Positions 12,101 through 28,100 of a DNA stretch of 64,000 nt are shown here, one piece after another (the first letter of the stretch is position 1; the number at the start of each line of letters is the position of its first letter). Below the pieces are notes generated by a model, which was not told the origin of the DNA, ran no database searches, and saw nothing but the letters and a program-made list of their open reading frames with translations. The position numbers were made by a program, and so were the translations under genes. This DNA comes from Auanema rhodensis (taxonomy: Eukaryota > Animalia > Nematoda), in NCBI GenBank assembly GCA_964057225.1, contig CAXKVF010000077.1, positions 186,001-250,000 on the forward strand, in the 5' to 3' direction.

Positions 12101-14608
12101 CATCACGTGTACATTTAATTAGCATAAAGTAAAGTTCACGTAAATTTCAAAGTCATGGTTACCATGCACCAATATCAATAAAAATTTGTTTTTAGACTAA
12201 TATGGACATGGGGAATCTAATTTTGAAAACCGCATCTCTTTATCTTTCACGTGAAGCGAGTTACATACCAAATGCACATCACGTGTACATTTAATTAGCA
12301 TAAATTAAAGTTCACGTAACTTTCAAAGTCATGGTTACCATGCACCAATATCAATAAAAATTTGTTTTTAGACTAATATGGACATGGGGAATCTAATTGT
12401 GAAAACCGCATCTCTTTATCTTTCACGTGAAGCGAGTTACATACCAAGTGCACATCACGTGTACATTTAATTAGCATAAATTAAAGTTCACGTAAATTTC
12501 AAAGTCATGGTTACCATGCACCAATATCAATAAAAATTTGTTTTTAGACTAATATGGACATGGGGAATCTAATTTTGAAAACCGCATCTCTTCATCTTTC
12601 ACGTGAAGCGAGTTACATACCAAGTGCACATCACGTGTACATTTAATTAGCATAAATTAAAGTTCACGTAAATTTCAAAGTCATGGTTACCATGCACCAA
12701 TATCAATAAAAATTTGTTTTTAGACTAATATGGACATGGGGAATCTAATTTTGAAAACCGCATCTCTTTATCTTTCACGTGAAGCGAGTTACATACCAAG
12801 TGCACATCACGTGTACATTTAATTAGCATAAGTTAAAGTTCACGTAAATTTCAAAGTCATGGTTACCATGCACCAATATCAATAAAAATTTGTTTTTAAA
12901 CTAATATGGACATGGGGAATCTAATTTTGAAAACCGCATCTCTTCATCTTTCACGTGAAGCGAGTTACATACCAAGTGCACATCACGTGTACATTTAATT
13001 AGCATAAATTAAAGTTCACGTAAATTTCAAAGTCATGGTTACCATGCACCAATATCAATAAAAATTTGTTTTTAGACTAATATGGACATGGGGAATCTAA
13101 TTTTGAAAATCGCATCTCTTTAACTTTCACGTGAAGCGAGTTACATACCAAGTGCACATCACGTGTACATTTAATTAGCATAAATTAAAGTTCACGTAAA
13201 TTTCAAAGTCATGGTTACCATGCACCAATATCAATAAAAATTTGTTTTTAGACTAATATGGACATGGGGAATCTAATTTTGAAAACCGCATCTCTTCATC
13301 TTTCACGTGAAGCGAGTTACATACCAAGTGCACATCACGTGTACATTTAATTAGCATAAATTAAAGTTCACGTAAATTTCAAAGTCATGGTTACCATGCA
13401 CCAATATCAATAAAAATTTGTTTTTAGACTAATATGGACATGGGGAATCTAATTTTGAAAATCGCATCTCTTTAACTTTCACGTGAAGCGAGTTACATAC
13501 CAAGTGCACATCACGTGTACATTTAATTAGCATAAATTAAAGTTCACGTAAATTTCAAAGTCATGGTTACCATGAACCAATATCAATAAAAATTTGTTTT
13601 TAGACTAATATGGACATGGGGAATCTAATTTTGAAAACCGCATCTCTTTATCTTTCACGTGAAGCGAGTTACATACCAAATGCACATCACGTGTACATTT
13701 AATTAGCATAAATTAAAGTTCACGTAACTTTCAAAGTCATGGTTACCATGCACCAATATCAATAAAAATTTGTTTTTAGACTAATATGGACATGGGGAAT
13801 CTAATTTTGAAAACCGCATCTCTTTATCTTTCACGTGAAGCGAGTTACATACCAAGTGCACATCACGTGTACATTTAATTAGCATAAATTAAAGTTCACG
13901 TAAATTTCAAAGTCATGGTTACCATGAACCAATATCAATAAAAATTTGTTTTTAGACTAATATGGACATGGGGAATCTAATTTTGAAAACCGCATCTCTT
14001 TATCTTTCACGTGAAGCGAGTTACATACCAAGTGCACATCACGTGTACATTTAATTAGCATAAATTAAAGTTCACGTAAATTTCAAAGTCATGGTTACCA
14101 TGAACCAATATCAATAAAAATTTGTTTTTAGACTAATATGGACATGGGGAATCTAATTTTGAAAACCGCATCTCTTTATCTTTCACGTGAAGCGAGTTAC
14201 ATACCAAGTGCACATCACGTGTACATTTAATTAGCATAAGTTAAAGTTCACGTAAATTTCAAAGTCATGGTTACCATGCACCAATATCAATAAAAATTTG
14301 TTTTTAAACTAATATGGACATGGGGAATCTAATTTTGAAAACCGCATCTCTTTATCTTTCACGTGAAGCGAGTTACATACCAAGTGCACATCACGTGTAC
14401 ATTTAATTAGCATAAATTAAAGTTCACGTAAATTTCAAAGTCATGGTTACCATGCACCAATATCAATAAAAATTTGTTTTTAGACTAATATGGACATGGG
14501 GAATCTAATTTTGAAAACCGCATCTCTTTATCTTTCACGTGAAGCGAGTTACATACCAAGTGCACATCACGTGTACATTTAATTAGCATAAATTAAAGTT
14601 CACGTAAA
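3169..14608 (+). repeat. Variant domain with nested 3-, 5-, 10- and 18-mer higher-order duplications
   Basis: A recurrent trimer (C86T+T99A)/(C23A+G128A+A176C)/consensus. A 5-mer at 3169 and 4049. A 10-mer offset between 3873 and 5633. An 18-mer offset between 7217 and 10385, marked by T161G at 8961/12129 and T79G at 9231/12399. Confidence 0.88.
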
Positions 14609-16191
14609 TTTCAAAGTCATGGTTACCATGAACCAATATCAATAAAAATTTCTTTTTAGACTAATATGGACATGGGGAATCTAATTTTGAAAACCGCATC
14701 TCTTTATCTTTCACGTGAAGCGAGTTACATACCAAGAGCACATCACGTGTACATTTAATTAGCATAAATTAAAGTTCACGTAAATTTCAAAGTCATGGTT
14801 ACCATGAACCAATATCAATAAAAATTTGTTTTTAGACTAATATGGACATGGGGAATCTAATTTTGAAAACCGCATCATTTATCTTTCACGTGAAGCGAGT
14901 TACATACCAAGTGCCCATCACGTGTACATTTAATTAGCATAAATTAAAGTTCACGTAAATTTCAAAGTCATGGTTACCATGCACCAATATCAATAAAAAT
15001 TTGTTTTTAGACTAATATGGACATGGGGAATCTAATTTCGAAAACCGCATCTCTTTATCTTTCACGTGAAGCGAGTTACATACCAAGTGCACATCACGTG
15101 TACATTTAATTAGCATAAATTAAAGTTCACGTAAATTTCAAAGTCATGGTTACCATGAACCAATATCAATAAAAATTTCTTTTTAGACTAATATGGACAT
15201 GGGGAATCTAATTTTGAAAACCGCATCTCTTTATCTTTCACGTGAAGCGAGTTACATACCAAGAGCACATCACGTGTACATTTAATTTGCATAAATTAAA
15301 GTTCACGTAAATTTCAAAGTCATGGTTACCATGAACCAATATCAATAAAAATTTGTTTTTAGACTAATATGGACATGGGGAATCTAATTTTGAAAACCGC
15401 ATCTCTTTATCTTTCACGTGAAGCGAGTTACATACCAAGTGCCCATCACGTGTACATTTAATTAGCATAAATTAAAGTTCACGTAAATTTCAAAGTCATG
15501 GTTACCATGCACCAATATCAATAAAAATTTGTTTTTAGACTAATATGGACATGGGGAATCTAATTTTGAAAACCGCATCTCGTTATCTTTCACGTGAAGC
15601 GAGTTACATACCAAGTGCACATCACGTGTACATTTAATTAGCATAAATTAAAGTTCACGTAAATTTCAAAGTCATGGTTACCATGCACCAATATCAATAA
15701 AAATTTGTTTTTAGACTAATATGGACATGGGGAATCTAATTTTGAAAACCGCATCTCTTTATCTTTCACGTGAACCGAGTTACATACCAAGTGCACATCA
15801 CGTGTACATTTAATTAGCATAAATTAAAGTTCACGTAAATTTCAAAGTCATGGTTACCATGCACCAATATCAATACAAATTTGTTTTTAGACTAATATGG
15901 ACATGGGGAATCTAATTTTGAAAACCGCATCTCTTTATCTTTCACGTGAAGCGAGTTACATACCAAGTGCCCATCACGTGTACATTTAATTAGCATAAAT
16001 TAAAGTTCACGTAAATTTCAAAGTCATGGTTACCATGCACCAATATCAATAAAAATTTGTTTTTAGACTAATATGGACATGGGGAATCTAAATTTGAAAA
16101 CCGCATCTCCTTATCTTTCACGTGAAGCGAGTTACATACCTAGTGCACATCACGTGTACATTTAATTAGCATAAATTAAAGTTCACGTAAA

Positions 16192-19100
16192 TTTCAAAGT
16201 CATGGTTACCATGCACCAATATCAATAAAAATTTGTTTTTAGACTAATATGGACATGGGGAATCTAATTTTGAAAACCGCATCTCTTCATCTTTCACGTG
16301 AAGCGAGTTACATACCAAGTGCACATCACGTGTACATTTAATTAGCATAAATTAAAGTTCACGTAAATTTCAAAGTCATGGTTACCATGCACCAATGTCA
16401 ATAAAAATTTGTTTTTAGACTAATATGGACATGGGGAATATAATTTTGAAAACCGCATCTCTTCATCTTTCACGTGAAGCGAGTTACATACCAAGTGCAC
16501 ATCACGTGTACATTTAATTAGCATAAATTAAAGTTCACGTAAATTTCAAAGTCATGGTTACCATGCACCAATATCAATAAAAATTTGTTTTTAGACTAAT
16601 ATGGACATGGGGAATCTAATTTTGAAAACCGCATCTCTTTATCTTTCACGTGAAGCGAGTTACATACCAAGTGCACATCACGTGTACATTTAATTAGCAT
16701 AAATTAAAGTTCACGTAATTTTCAAAGTCATGGTTACCATGAACCAATATCAATAAAAATTTGTTTTTAGACTAATATGGACATGGGGAATCTAATTTTG
16801 AAAACCGCATCTCTTTATCTTTCACGTGAAGCGAGTTACATACCAAGTGCACATCACGTGTACATTTAATTAGCATAAATTAAAGTTCACGTAAATTTCA
16901 AAGTCATGGTTACCATGCACCAATGTCAATAAAAATTTGTTTTTAGACTAATATGGACATGGGGAATATAATTTTGAAAACCGCATCTCTTCATCTTTCA
17001 CGTGAAGCGAGTTACATACCAAGTGCACATCACGTGTACATTTAATTAGCATAAATTAAAGTTCACGTAAATTTCAAAGTCATGGTTACCATGCACCAAT
17101 ATCAATAAAAATTTGTTTTTAGACTAATATGGACATGGGGAATCTAATTTTGAAAACCGCATCTCTTTATCTTTCACGTGAAGCGAGTTACATACCAAGT
17201 GCACATCACGTGTACATTTAATTAGCATAAATTAAAGTTCACGTAATTTTCAAAGTCATGGTTACCATGAACCAATATCAATAAAAATTTGTTTTTAGAC
17301 TAATATGGACATGGGGAATCTAATTTTGAAAACCGCATCTCTTTATCTTTCACGTGAAGCGAGTTACATACCAAGTGCACATCACGTGTACATTTAATTA
17401 GCATAAATTAAAGTTCACGTAAATTTCAAAGTCATGGTTACCATGCACCAATATCAATAAAAATTTGTTTTTAGACTAATATGGACATGGGGAATCTAAT
17501 TTTGAAAACCGCATCTCTTTATCTTTCACGTGAAGCGAGTTACATACCAAGTGCACATCACGTGTACATTTAATTAGCATAAATTAAAGTTCACGTAAAT
17601 TTCAAAGTCATGGTTACCATGCACCAATGTCAATAAAAATTTGTTTTTAGACTAATATGGACATGGGGAATCTAATTTTGAAAACCGCATCTCTTTATCT
17701 TTCACGTGAAGCGAGTTACATACCAAGTGCACATCACGTGTACATTTAATTAGCATAAATTAAAGTTCACGTAAATTTCAAAGTCATGGTTGCCATGAAC
17801 CAATATCAATAAAAATTTGTTTTTAGACTAATATGGACATGGGGAATCTAATTTTGAAAACCGCATCTCTTCATCTTTCACGTGAAGCGAGTTACATACC
17901 AAGTGCACATCACGTGTACATTTAATTAGCATAAATTAAAGTTCACGTAAATTTCAAAGTCATGGTTACCATGCACCAATATCAATAAAAATTTGTTTTT
18001 AGACTAATATGGACATGGGGAATCTAATTTTGAAAACCGCATCTCTTTATCTTTCACGTGAAGCGAGTTACATACCAAGTGCACATCACGTGTACATTTA
18101 ATTAGCATAAATTAAAGTTCACGTAAATTTCAAAGTCATGGTTACCATGAACCAATATCAATAAAAATTTGTTTTTAGACTAATATGGACATGGGGAATC
18201 TAATTTTGAAAACCGCATCTCTTTATCTTTCACGTGAAGCGAGTTACATACCAAGTGCACATCACGTGTACATTTAATTAGCATAAATTAAAGTTCACGT
18301 AAATTTCAAAGTCATGGTTACCATGAACCAATATCAATAAAAATTTGTTTTTAGACTAATATGGACATGGGGAATCTAATTTTGAAAACCGCATCTCTTT
18401 ATCTTTCACGTGAAGCGAGTTACATACCAAGTGCCCATCACGTGTACATTTAATTAGCATAAATTAAAGTTCACGTAAATTTCAAAGTCATGGTTACCAT
18501 GCACCAATATCAATAAAAATTTGTTTTTAGACTAATATGGACATGGGGAATCTAATTTTGAAAACCGCATCTCCTTATCTTTCACGTGAAGCGAGTTACA
18601 TACCAAGTGCACATCACGTGTACATTTAATTAGCATAAATTAAAGTTCACGTAAATTTCAAAGTCATGGTTACCATGCACCAATATCAATAAAAATTTGT
18701 TTTTAGACTAATATGGACATGGGGAATCTAATTTTGAAAACCGCATCTCTTCATCTTTCACGTGAAGCGAGTTACATACCAAGTGCACATCACGTGTACA
18801 TTTAATTAGCATAAATTAAAGTTCACGTAAATTTCAAAGTCATGGTTACCATGCACCAATGTCAATAAGAATTTGTTTTTAGACTAATATGGACATGGGG
18901 AATCTAATTTTGAAAACCGCATCTCTTCATCTTTCACGTGAAGCGAGTTACATACCAAGTGCACATCACCTGTACATTTAATTAGCATAAATTAAAGTTC
19001 ACGTAAATTTCAAAGTCATGGTTACCATGCACCAATATCAATAAAAATTTGTTTTTAGACTAATATGGACATGGGGAATCTAATTTTGAAAACCGCATCT

Positions 19101-22100
19101 CTTCATCTTTCACGTGAAGCGAGTTACATACCAAGTGCACATCACGTGTACATTTAATTAGCATAAATTAAAGTTCACGTAAATTTCAAAGTCATGGTTA
19201 CCATGCACCAATATCAATAAAAATTTGTTTTTAGACTAATATGGACATGGGGAATCTAATTTTGAAAACCGCATCTCTTCATCTTTCACGTGAAGCGAGT
19301 TACATACCAAGTGCACATCACGTGTACATTTAATTAGCATAAATTAAAGTTCACGTAAATTTCAAAGTCATGGTTACCATGCACCAATATCAATAAAAAT
19401 TTGTTTTTAGACTAATATGGACATGGGGAATCTAATTTTGAAAACCGCATCTCTCTATCTTTCACGTGAAGCGAGTTACATACCAAGTGCACATCACGTG
19501 TACATTTAATTAGCATAAATTAAAGTTCACGTAAATTTCAAAGTCATGGTTACCATGCACCAATGTCAATAAAAATTTGTTTTTAGACTAATATGGACAT
19601 GGGGAATCTAATTTTGAAAACCGCATCTCTTCATCTTTCACGTGAAGCGAGTTACATACCAAGTGCACATCACGTGTACATTTAATTAGCATAAATTAAA
19701 GTTCACGTAAATTTCAAAGTCATGGTTACCATGCACCAATATCAATAAAAATTTGTTTTTAGACTAATATGGACATGGGGAATCTAATTTTGAAAACCGC
19801 ATCTCTTTATCTTTCACGTAAAGCGAGTTACATACCAAGTGCACATCACGTGTACATTTAATTAGCATAAATTAAAGTTCACGTAAATTTCAAAGTCATG
19901 GTTACCATGAACCAATATCAATAAAAATTTGTTTTTAGACTAATATGGACATGGGGAATCTAATTTTGAAAACCGCATCTCTTTATCTTTCACGTGAAGC
20001 GAGTTACATACCAAGTGCACATCACGTGTACATTTAATTAGCATAAATTAAAGTTCACGTAAATTTCAAAGTCATGGTTACCATGCACCAATGTCAATAA
20101 AAATTTGTTTTTAGACTAATATGGACATGGGGAATCTAATTTTGAAAACCGCATCTCTTCATCTTTCACGTGAAGCGAGTTACATACCAAGTGCACATCA
20201 CCTGTACATTTAATTAGCATAAATTAAAGTTCACGTAAATTTCAAAGTCATGGTTACCATGCACCAATATCAATAAAAATTTGTTTTTAGACTAATATGG
20301 ACATGGGGAATCTAATTTTGAAAACCGCATCTCTTCATCTTTCACGTGAAGCGAGTTACATACCAAGTGCACATCACGTGTACATTTAATTAGCATAAAT
20401 TAAAGTTCACGTAAATTTCAAAGTCATGGTTACCATGCACCAATATCAATAAAAATTTGTTTTTAGACTAATATGGACATGGGGAATCTAATTTTGAAAA
20501 CCGCATCTCTTCATCTTTCACGTGAAGCGAGTTACATACCAAGTGCACATCACGTGTACATTTAATTAGCATAAATTAAAGTTCACGTAAATTTCAAAGT
20601 CATGGTTACCATGCACCAATATCAATAAAAATTTGTTTTTAGACTAATATGGACATGGGGAATCTAATTTTGAAAACCGCATCTCTCTATCTTTCACGTG
20701 AAGCGAGTTACATACCAAGTGCACATCACGTGTACATTTAATTAGCATAAATTAAAGTTCACGTAAATTTCAAAGTCATGGTTACCATGCACCAATGTCA
20801 ATAAAAATTTGTTTTTAGACTAATATGGACATGGGGAATCTAATTTTGAAAACCGCATCTCTTCATCTTTCACGTGAAGCGAGTTACATACCAAGTGCAC
20901 ATCACGTGTACATTTAATTAGCATAAATTAAAGTTCACGTAAATTTCAAAGTCATGGTTACCATGCACCAATATCAATAAAAATTTGTTTTTAGACTAAT
21001 ATGGACATGGGGAATCTAATTTTGAAAACCGCATCTCTTTATCTTTCACGTAAAGCGAGTTACATACCAAGTGCACATCACGTGTACATTTAATTAGCAT
21101 AAATTAAAGTTCACGTAAATTTCAAAGTCATGGTTACCATGAACCAATATCAATAAAAATTTGTTTTTAGACTAATATGGACATGGGGAATCTAATTTTG
21201 AAAACCGCATCTCTTTATCTTTCACGTGAAGCGAGTTACATACCAAGTGCACATCACGTGTACATTTAATTAGCATAAATTAAAGTTCACGTAAATTTCA
21301 AAGTCATGGTTGCCATGAACCAATATCAATAAAAATTTGTTTTTAGACTAATATGGACATGGGGAATCTAATTTTGAAAACCGCATCTCTTCATCTTTCA
21401 CGTGAAGCGAGTTACATACCAAGTGCACATCACGTGTACATTTAATTAGCATAAATTAAAGTTCACGTAAATTTCAAAGTCATGGTTACCATGCACCAAT
21501 ATCAATAAAAATTTGTTTTTAGACTAATATGGACATGGGGAATCTAATTTTGAAAACCGCATCTCTTTATCTTTCACGTGAAGCGAGTTACATACCAAGT
21601 GCACATCACGTGTACATTTAATTAGCATAAATTAAAGTTCACGTAAATTTCAAAGTCATGGTTACCATGCACCAATATCAATAAAAATTTGTTTTTAGAC
21701 TAATATGGACATGGGGAATCTAATTTTGAAAACCGCATCTCTTTATCTTTCACGTGAAGCGAGTTACATACCAAGTGCACATCACGTGTACATTTAATTA
21801 GCATAAATTAAAGTTCACGTAAATTTCAAAGTCATGGTTACCATGAACCAATATCAATAAAAATTTGTTTTTAGACTAATATGGACATGGGGAATCTAAT
21901 TTTGAAAACCGCATCTCTTTATCTTTCACGTGAAGCGAGTTACATACCAAGTGCACATCACGTGTACATTTAATTAGCATAAATTAAAGTTCACGTAAAT
22001 TTCAAAGTCATGGTTGCCATGAACCAATATCAATAAAAATTTGTTTTTAGACTAATATGGACATGGGGAATCTAATTTTGAAAACCGCATCTCTTCATCT

Positions 22101-25100
22101 TTCACGTGAAGCGAGTTACATACCAAGTGCACATCACGTGTACATTTAATTAGCATAAATTAAAGTTCACGTAAATTTCAAAGTCATGGTTACCATGCAC
22201 CAATATCAATAAAAATTTGTTTTTAGACTAATATGGACATGGGGAATCTAATTTTGAAAACCGCATCTCTTCATCTTTCACGTGAAGCGAGTTACATACC
22301 AAGTGCACATCACGTGTACATTTAATTAGCATAAATTAAAGTTCACGTAAATTTCAAAGTCATGGTTACCATGCACCAATGTCAATAAAAATTTGTTTTT
22401 GGACTAATATGGACATGGGGAATCTAATTTTGAAAACCGCATCTCTTCATCTTTCACGTGAAGCGAGTTACATACCAAGTGCACATCACCTGTACATTTA
22501 ATTAGCATAAATTAAAGTTCACGTAAATTTCAAAGTCATGGTTACCATGCACCAATATCAATAAAAATTTGTTTTTAGACTAATATGGACATGGGGAATC
22601 TAATTTTGAAAACCGCATCTCTTCATCTTTCACGTGAAGCGAGTTACATACCAAGTGCACATCACGTGTACATTTAATTAGCATAAATTAAAGTTCACGT
22701 AAATTTCAAAGTCATGGTTACCATGCACCAATATCAATAAAAATTTGTTTTTAGACTAATATGGACATGGGGAATCTAATTTTGAAAACCGCATCTCTTC
22801 ATCTTTCACGTGAAGCGAGTTACATACCAAGTGCACATCACGTGTACATTTAATTAGCATAAATTAAAGTTCACGTAAATTTCAAAGTCATGGTTACCAT
22901 GCACCAATATCAATAAAAATTTGTTTTTAGACTAATATGGACATGGGGAATCTAATTTTGAAAACCGCATCTCTCTATCTTTCACGTGAAGCGAGTTACA
23001 TACCAAGTGCACATCACGTGTACATTTAATTAGCATAAATTAAAGTTCACGTAAATTTCAAAGTCATGGTTACCATGCACCAATATCAATAAAAATTTGT
23101 TTTTAGACTAATATGGACATGGGGAATCTAATTTTGAAAACCGCATCTCTTTATCTTTCACGTGAAGCGAGTTACATACCAAGTGCACATCACGTGTACA
23201 TTTAATTAGCATAAATTAAAGTTCACGTAAATTTCAAAGTCATGGTTACCATGAACCAATATCAATAAAAATTTGTTTTTAGACTAATATGGACATGGGG
23301 AATCTAATTTTGAAAACCGCATCTCTTTATCTTTCACGTGAAGCGAGTTACATACCAAGTGCCCATCACGTGTACATTTAATTAGCATAAATTAAAGTTC
23401 ACGTAAATTTCAAAGTCATGGTTACCATGCACCAATATCAATAAAAATTTGTTTTTAGACTAATATGGACATGGGGAATCTAATTTTGAAAACCGCATCT
23501 CTTCATCTTTCACGTGAAGCGAGTTACATACCAAGTGCACATCACGTGTACATTTAATTAGCATAAATTAAAGTTCACGTAAATTTCAAAGTCATGGTTA
23601 CCATGCACCAATATCAATAAAAATTTGTTTTTAGACTAATATGGACATGGGGAATCTAATTTTGAAAACCGCATCTCTTCATCTTTCACGTGAAGCGAGT
23701 TACATACCAAGTGCACATCACGTGTACATTTAATTAGCATAAATTAAAGTTCACGTAAATTTCAAAGTCATGGTTACCATGCACCAATGTCAATAAAAAT
23801 TTGTTTTTGGACTAATATGGACATGGGGAATCTAATTTTGAAAACCGCATCTCTTCATCTTTCACGTGAAGCGAGTTACATACCAAGTGCACATCACGTG
23901 TACATTTAATTAGCATAAATTAAAGTTCACGTAAATTTCAAAGTCATGGTTACCATGCACCAATATCAATAAAAATTTGTTTTTAGACTAATATGGACAT
24001 GGGGAATCTAATTTTGAAAACCGCATCTCTTCATCTTTCACGTGAAGCGAGTTACATACCAAGTGCACATCACGTGTACATTTAATTAGCATAAATTAAA
24101 GTTCACGTAAATTTCAAAGTCATGGTTACCATGCACCAATATCAATAATAATTTGTTTTTAGACTAATATGGACATGGGGAATCTAATTTTGAAAACCGC
24201 ATCTCTTCATCTTTCACGTGAAGCGAGTTACATACCAAGTGCACATCACGTGTACATTTAATTAGCATAAATTAAAGTTCACGTAAATTTCAAAGTCATG
24301 GTTACCATGCACCAATATCAATAAAAATTTGTTTTTAGACTAATATGGACATGGGGAATCTAATTTTGAAAACCGCATCTCTCTATCTTTCACGTGAAGC
24401 GAGTTACATACCAAGTGCACATCACGTGTACATTTAATTAGCATAAATTAAAGTTCACGTAAATTTCAAAGTCATGGTTACCATGCACCAATGTCAATAA
24501 AAATTTGTTTTTAGACTAATATGGACATGGGGAATCTAATTTTGAAAACCGCATCTCTTCATCTTTCACGTGAAGCGAGTTACATACCAAGTGCACATCA
24601 CGTGTACATTTAATTAGCATAAATTAAAGTTCACGTAAATTTCAAAGTCATGGTTACCATGCACCAATATCAATAAAAATTTGTTTTTAGACTAATATGG
24701 ACATGGGGAATCTAATTTTGAAAACCGCATCTCTTTATCTTTCACGTAAAGCGAGTTACATACCAAGTGCACATCACGTGTACATTTAATTAGCATAAAT
24801 TAAAGTTCACGTAAATTTCAAAGTCATGGTTACCATGAACCAATATCAATAAAAATTTGTTTTTAGACTAATATGGACATGGGGAATCTAATTTTGAAAA
24901 CCGCATCTCTTTATCTTTCACGTGAAGCGAGTTACATACCAAGTGCACATCACGTGTACATTTAATTAGCATAAATTAAAGTTCACGTAAATTTCAAAGT
25001 CATGGTTGCCATGAACCAATATCAATAAAAATTTGTTTTTAGACTAATATGGACATGGGGAATCTAATTTTGAAAACCGCATCTCTTTATCTTTCACGTG

Positions 25101-28100
25101 AAGCGAGTTACATACCAAGTGCACATCACGTGTACATTTAATTAGCATAAATTAAAGTTCACGTAAATTTCAAAGTCATGGTTACCATGAACCAATATCA
25201 ATAAAAATTTGTTTTTAGACTAATATGGACATGGGGAATCTAATTTTGAAAACCGCATCTCTTTATCTTTCACGTGAAGCGAGTTACATACCAAGTGCCC
25301 ATCACGTGTACATTTAATTAGCATAAATTAAAGTTCACGTAAATTTCAAAGTCATGGTTACCATGCACCAATATCAATAAAAATTTGTTTTTAGACTAAT
25401 ATGGACATGGGGAATCTAATTTTGAAAACCGCATCTCCTTATCTTTCACGTGAAGCGAGTTACATACCAAGTGCACATCACGTGTACATTTAATTAGCAT
25501 AAATTAAAGTTCACGTAAATTTCAAAGTCATGGTTACCATGCACCAATATCAATAAAAATTTGTTTTTAGACTAATATGGACATGGGGAATCTAATTTTG
25601 AAAACCGCATCTCTTCATCTTTCACGTGAAGCGAGTTACATACCAAGTGCACATCACGTGTACATTTAATTAGCATAAATTAAAGTTCACGTAAATTTCA
25701 AAGTCATGGTTACCATGCACCAATGTCAATAAAAATTTGTTTTTGGACTAATATGGACATGGGGAATCTAATTTTGAAAACCGCATCTCTTCATCTTTCA
25801 CGTGAAGCGAGTTACATACCAAGTGCACATCACCTGTACATTTAATTAGCATAAATTAAAGTTCACGTAAATTTCAAAGTCATGGTTACCATGCACCAAT
25901 ATCAATAAAAATTTGTTTTTAGACTAATATGGACATGGGGAATCTAATTTTGAAAACCGCATCTCTTCATCTTTCACGTGAAGCGAGTTACATACCAAGT
26001 GCACATCACGTGTACATTTAATTAGCATAAATTAAAGTTCACGTAAATTTCAAAGTCATGGTTACCATGCACCAATATCAATAAAAATTTGTTTTTAGAC
26101 TAATATGGACATGGGGAATCTAATTTTGAAAACCGCATCTCTTCATCTTTCACGTGAAGCGAGTTACATACCAAGTGCACATCACGTGTACATTTAATTA
26201 GCATAAATTAAAGTTCACGTAAATTTCAAAGTCATGGTTACCATGCACCAATATCAATAAAAATTTGTTTTTAGACTAATATGGACATGGGGAATCTAAT
26301 TTTGAAAACCGCATCTCTCTATCTTTCACGTGAAGCGAGTTACATACCAAGTGCACATCACGTGTACATTTAATTAGCATAAATTAAAGTTCACGTAAAT
26401 TTCAAAGTCATGGTTACCATGCACCAATGTCAATAAAAATTTGTTTTTAGACTAATATGGACATGGGGAATCTAATTTTGAAAACCGCATCTCTTCATCT
26501 TTCACGTGAAGCGAGTTACATACCAAGTGCACATCACGTGTACATTTAATTAGCATAAATTAAAGTTCACGTAAATTTCAAAGTCATGGTTACCATGCAC
26601 CAATATCAATAAAAATTTGTTTTTAGACTAATATGGACATGGGGAATCTAATTTTGAAAACCGCATCTCTTTATCTTTCACGTAAAGCGAGTTACATACC
26701 AAGTGCACATCACGTGTACATTTAATTAGCATAAATTAAAGTTCACGTAAATTTCAAAGTCATGGTTACCATGAACCAATATCAATAAAAATTTGTTTTT
26801 AGACTAATATGGACATGGGGAATCTAATTTTGAAAACCGCATCTCTTTATCTTTCACGTGAAGCGAGTTACATACCAAGTGCACATCACGTGTACATTTA
26901 ATTAGCATAAATTAAAGTTCACGTAAATTTCAAAGTCATGGTTGCCATGAACCAATATCAATAAAAATTTGTTTTTAGACTAATATGGACATGGGGAATC
27001 TAATTTTGAAAACCGCATCTCTTTATCTTTCACGTGAAGCGAGTTACATACCAAGTGCACATCACGTGTACATTTAATTAGCATAAATTAAAGTTCACGT
27101 AAATTTCAAAGTCATGGTTACCATGCACCAATATCAATAAAAATTTGTTTTTAGACTAATATGGACATGGGGAATCTATTTTTGAAAACCGCATCTCTTT
27201 ATCTTTCACGTGAAGCGAGTTACATACCAAGTGCACATCACGTGTACATTTAATTAGCATAAATTAAAGTTCACGTAAATTTCAAAGTCATGGTTACCAT
27301 GAACCAATATCAATAAAAATTTGTTTTTAGACTAATATGGACATGGGGAATCTAATTTTGAAAACCGCATCTCTTTATCTTTCACGTGAAGCGAGTTACA
27401 TACCAAGTGCCCATCACGTGTACATTTAATTAGCATAAATTAAAGTTCACGTAAATTTCAAAGTCATGGTTACCATGCACCAATATCAATAAAAATTTGT
27501 TTTTAGACTAATATGGACATGGGGAATCTAATTTTGAAAACCGCATCTCCTTATCTTTCACGTGAAGCGAGTTACATACCAAGTGCACATCACGTGTACA
27601 TTTAATTAGCATAAATTAAAGTTCACGTAAATTTCAAAGTCATGGTTACCATGCACCAATATCAATAAAAATTTGTTTTTAGACTAATATGGACATGGGG
27701 AATCTAATTTTGAAAACCGCATCTCTTCATCTTTCACGTGAAGCGAGTTACATATCAAGTGCACATCACGTGTACATTTAATTAGCATAAATTAAAGTTC
27801 ACGTAAATTTCAAAGTCATGGTTACCATGCACCAATGTCAATAAAAATTTGTTTTTAGACTAATATGGACATGGGGAATCTAATTTTGAAAACCGCATCT
27901 CTTCATCTTTCACGTGAAGCGAGTTACATACCAAGTGCACATCACGTGTACATTTAATTAGCATAAATTAAAGTTCACGTAAATTTCAAAGTCATGGTTA
28001 CCATGCACCAATATCAATAAAAATTTGTTTTTAGACTAATATGGACATGGGGAATCTAATTTTGAAAACCGCATCTCTTCATCTTTCACGTGAAGCGAGT

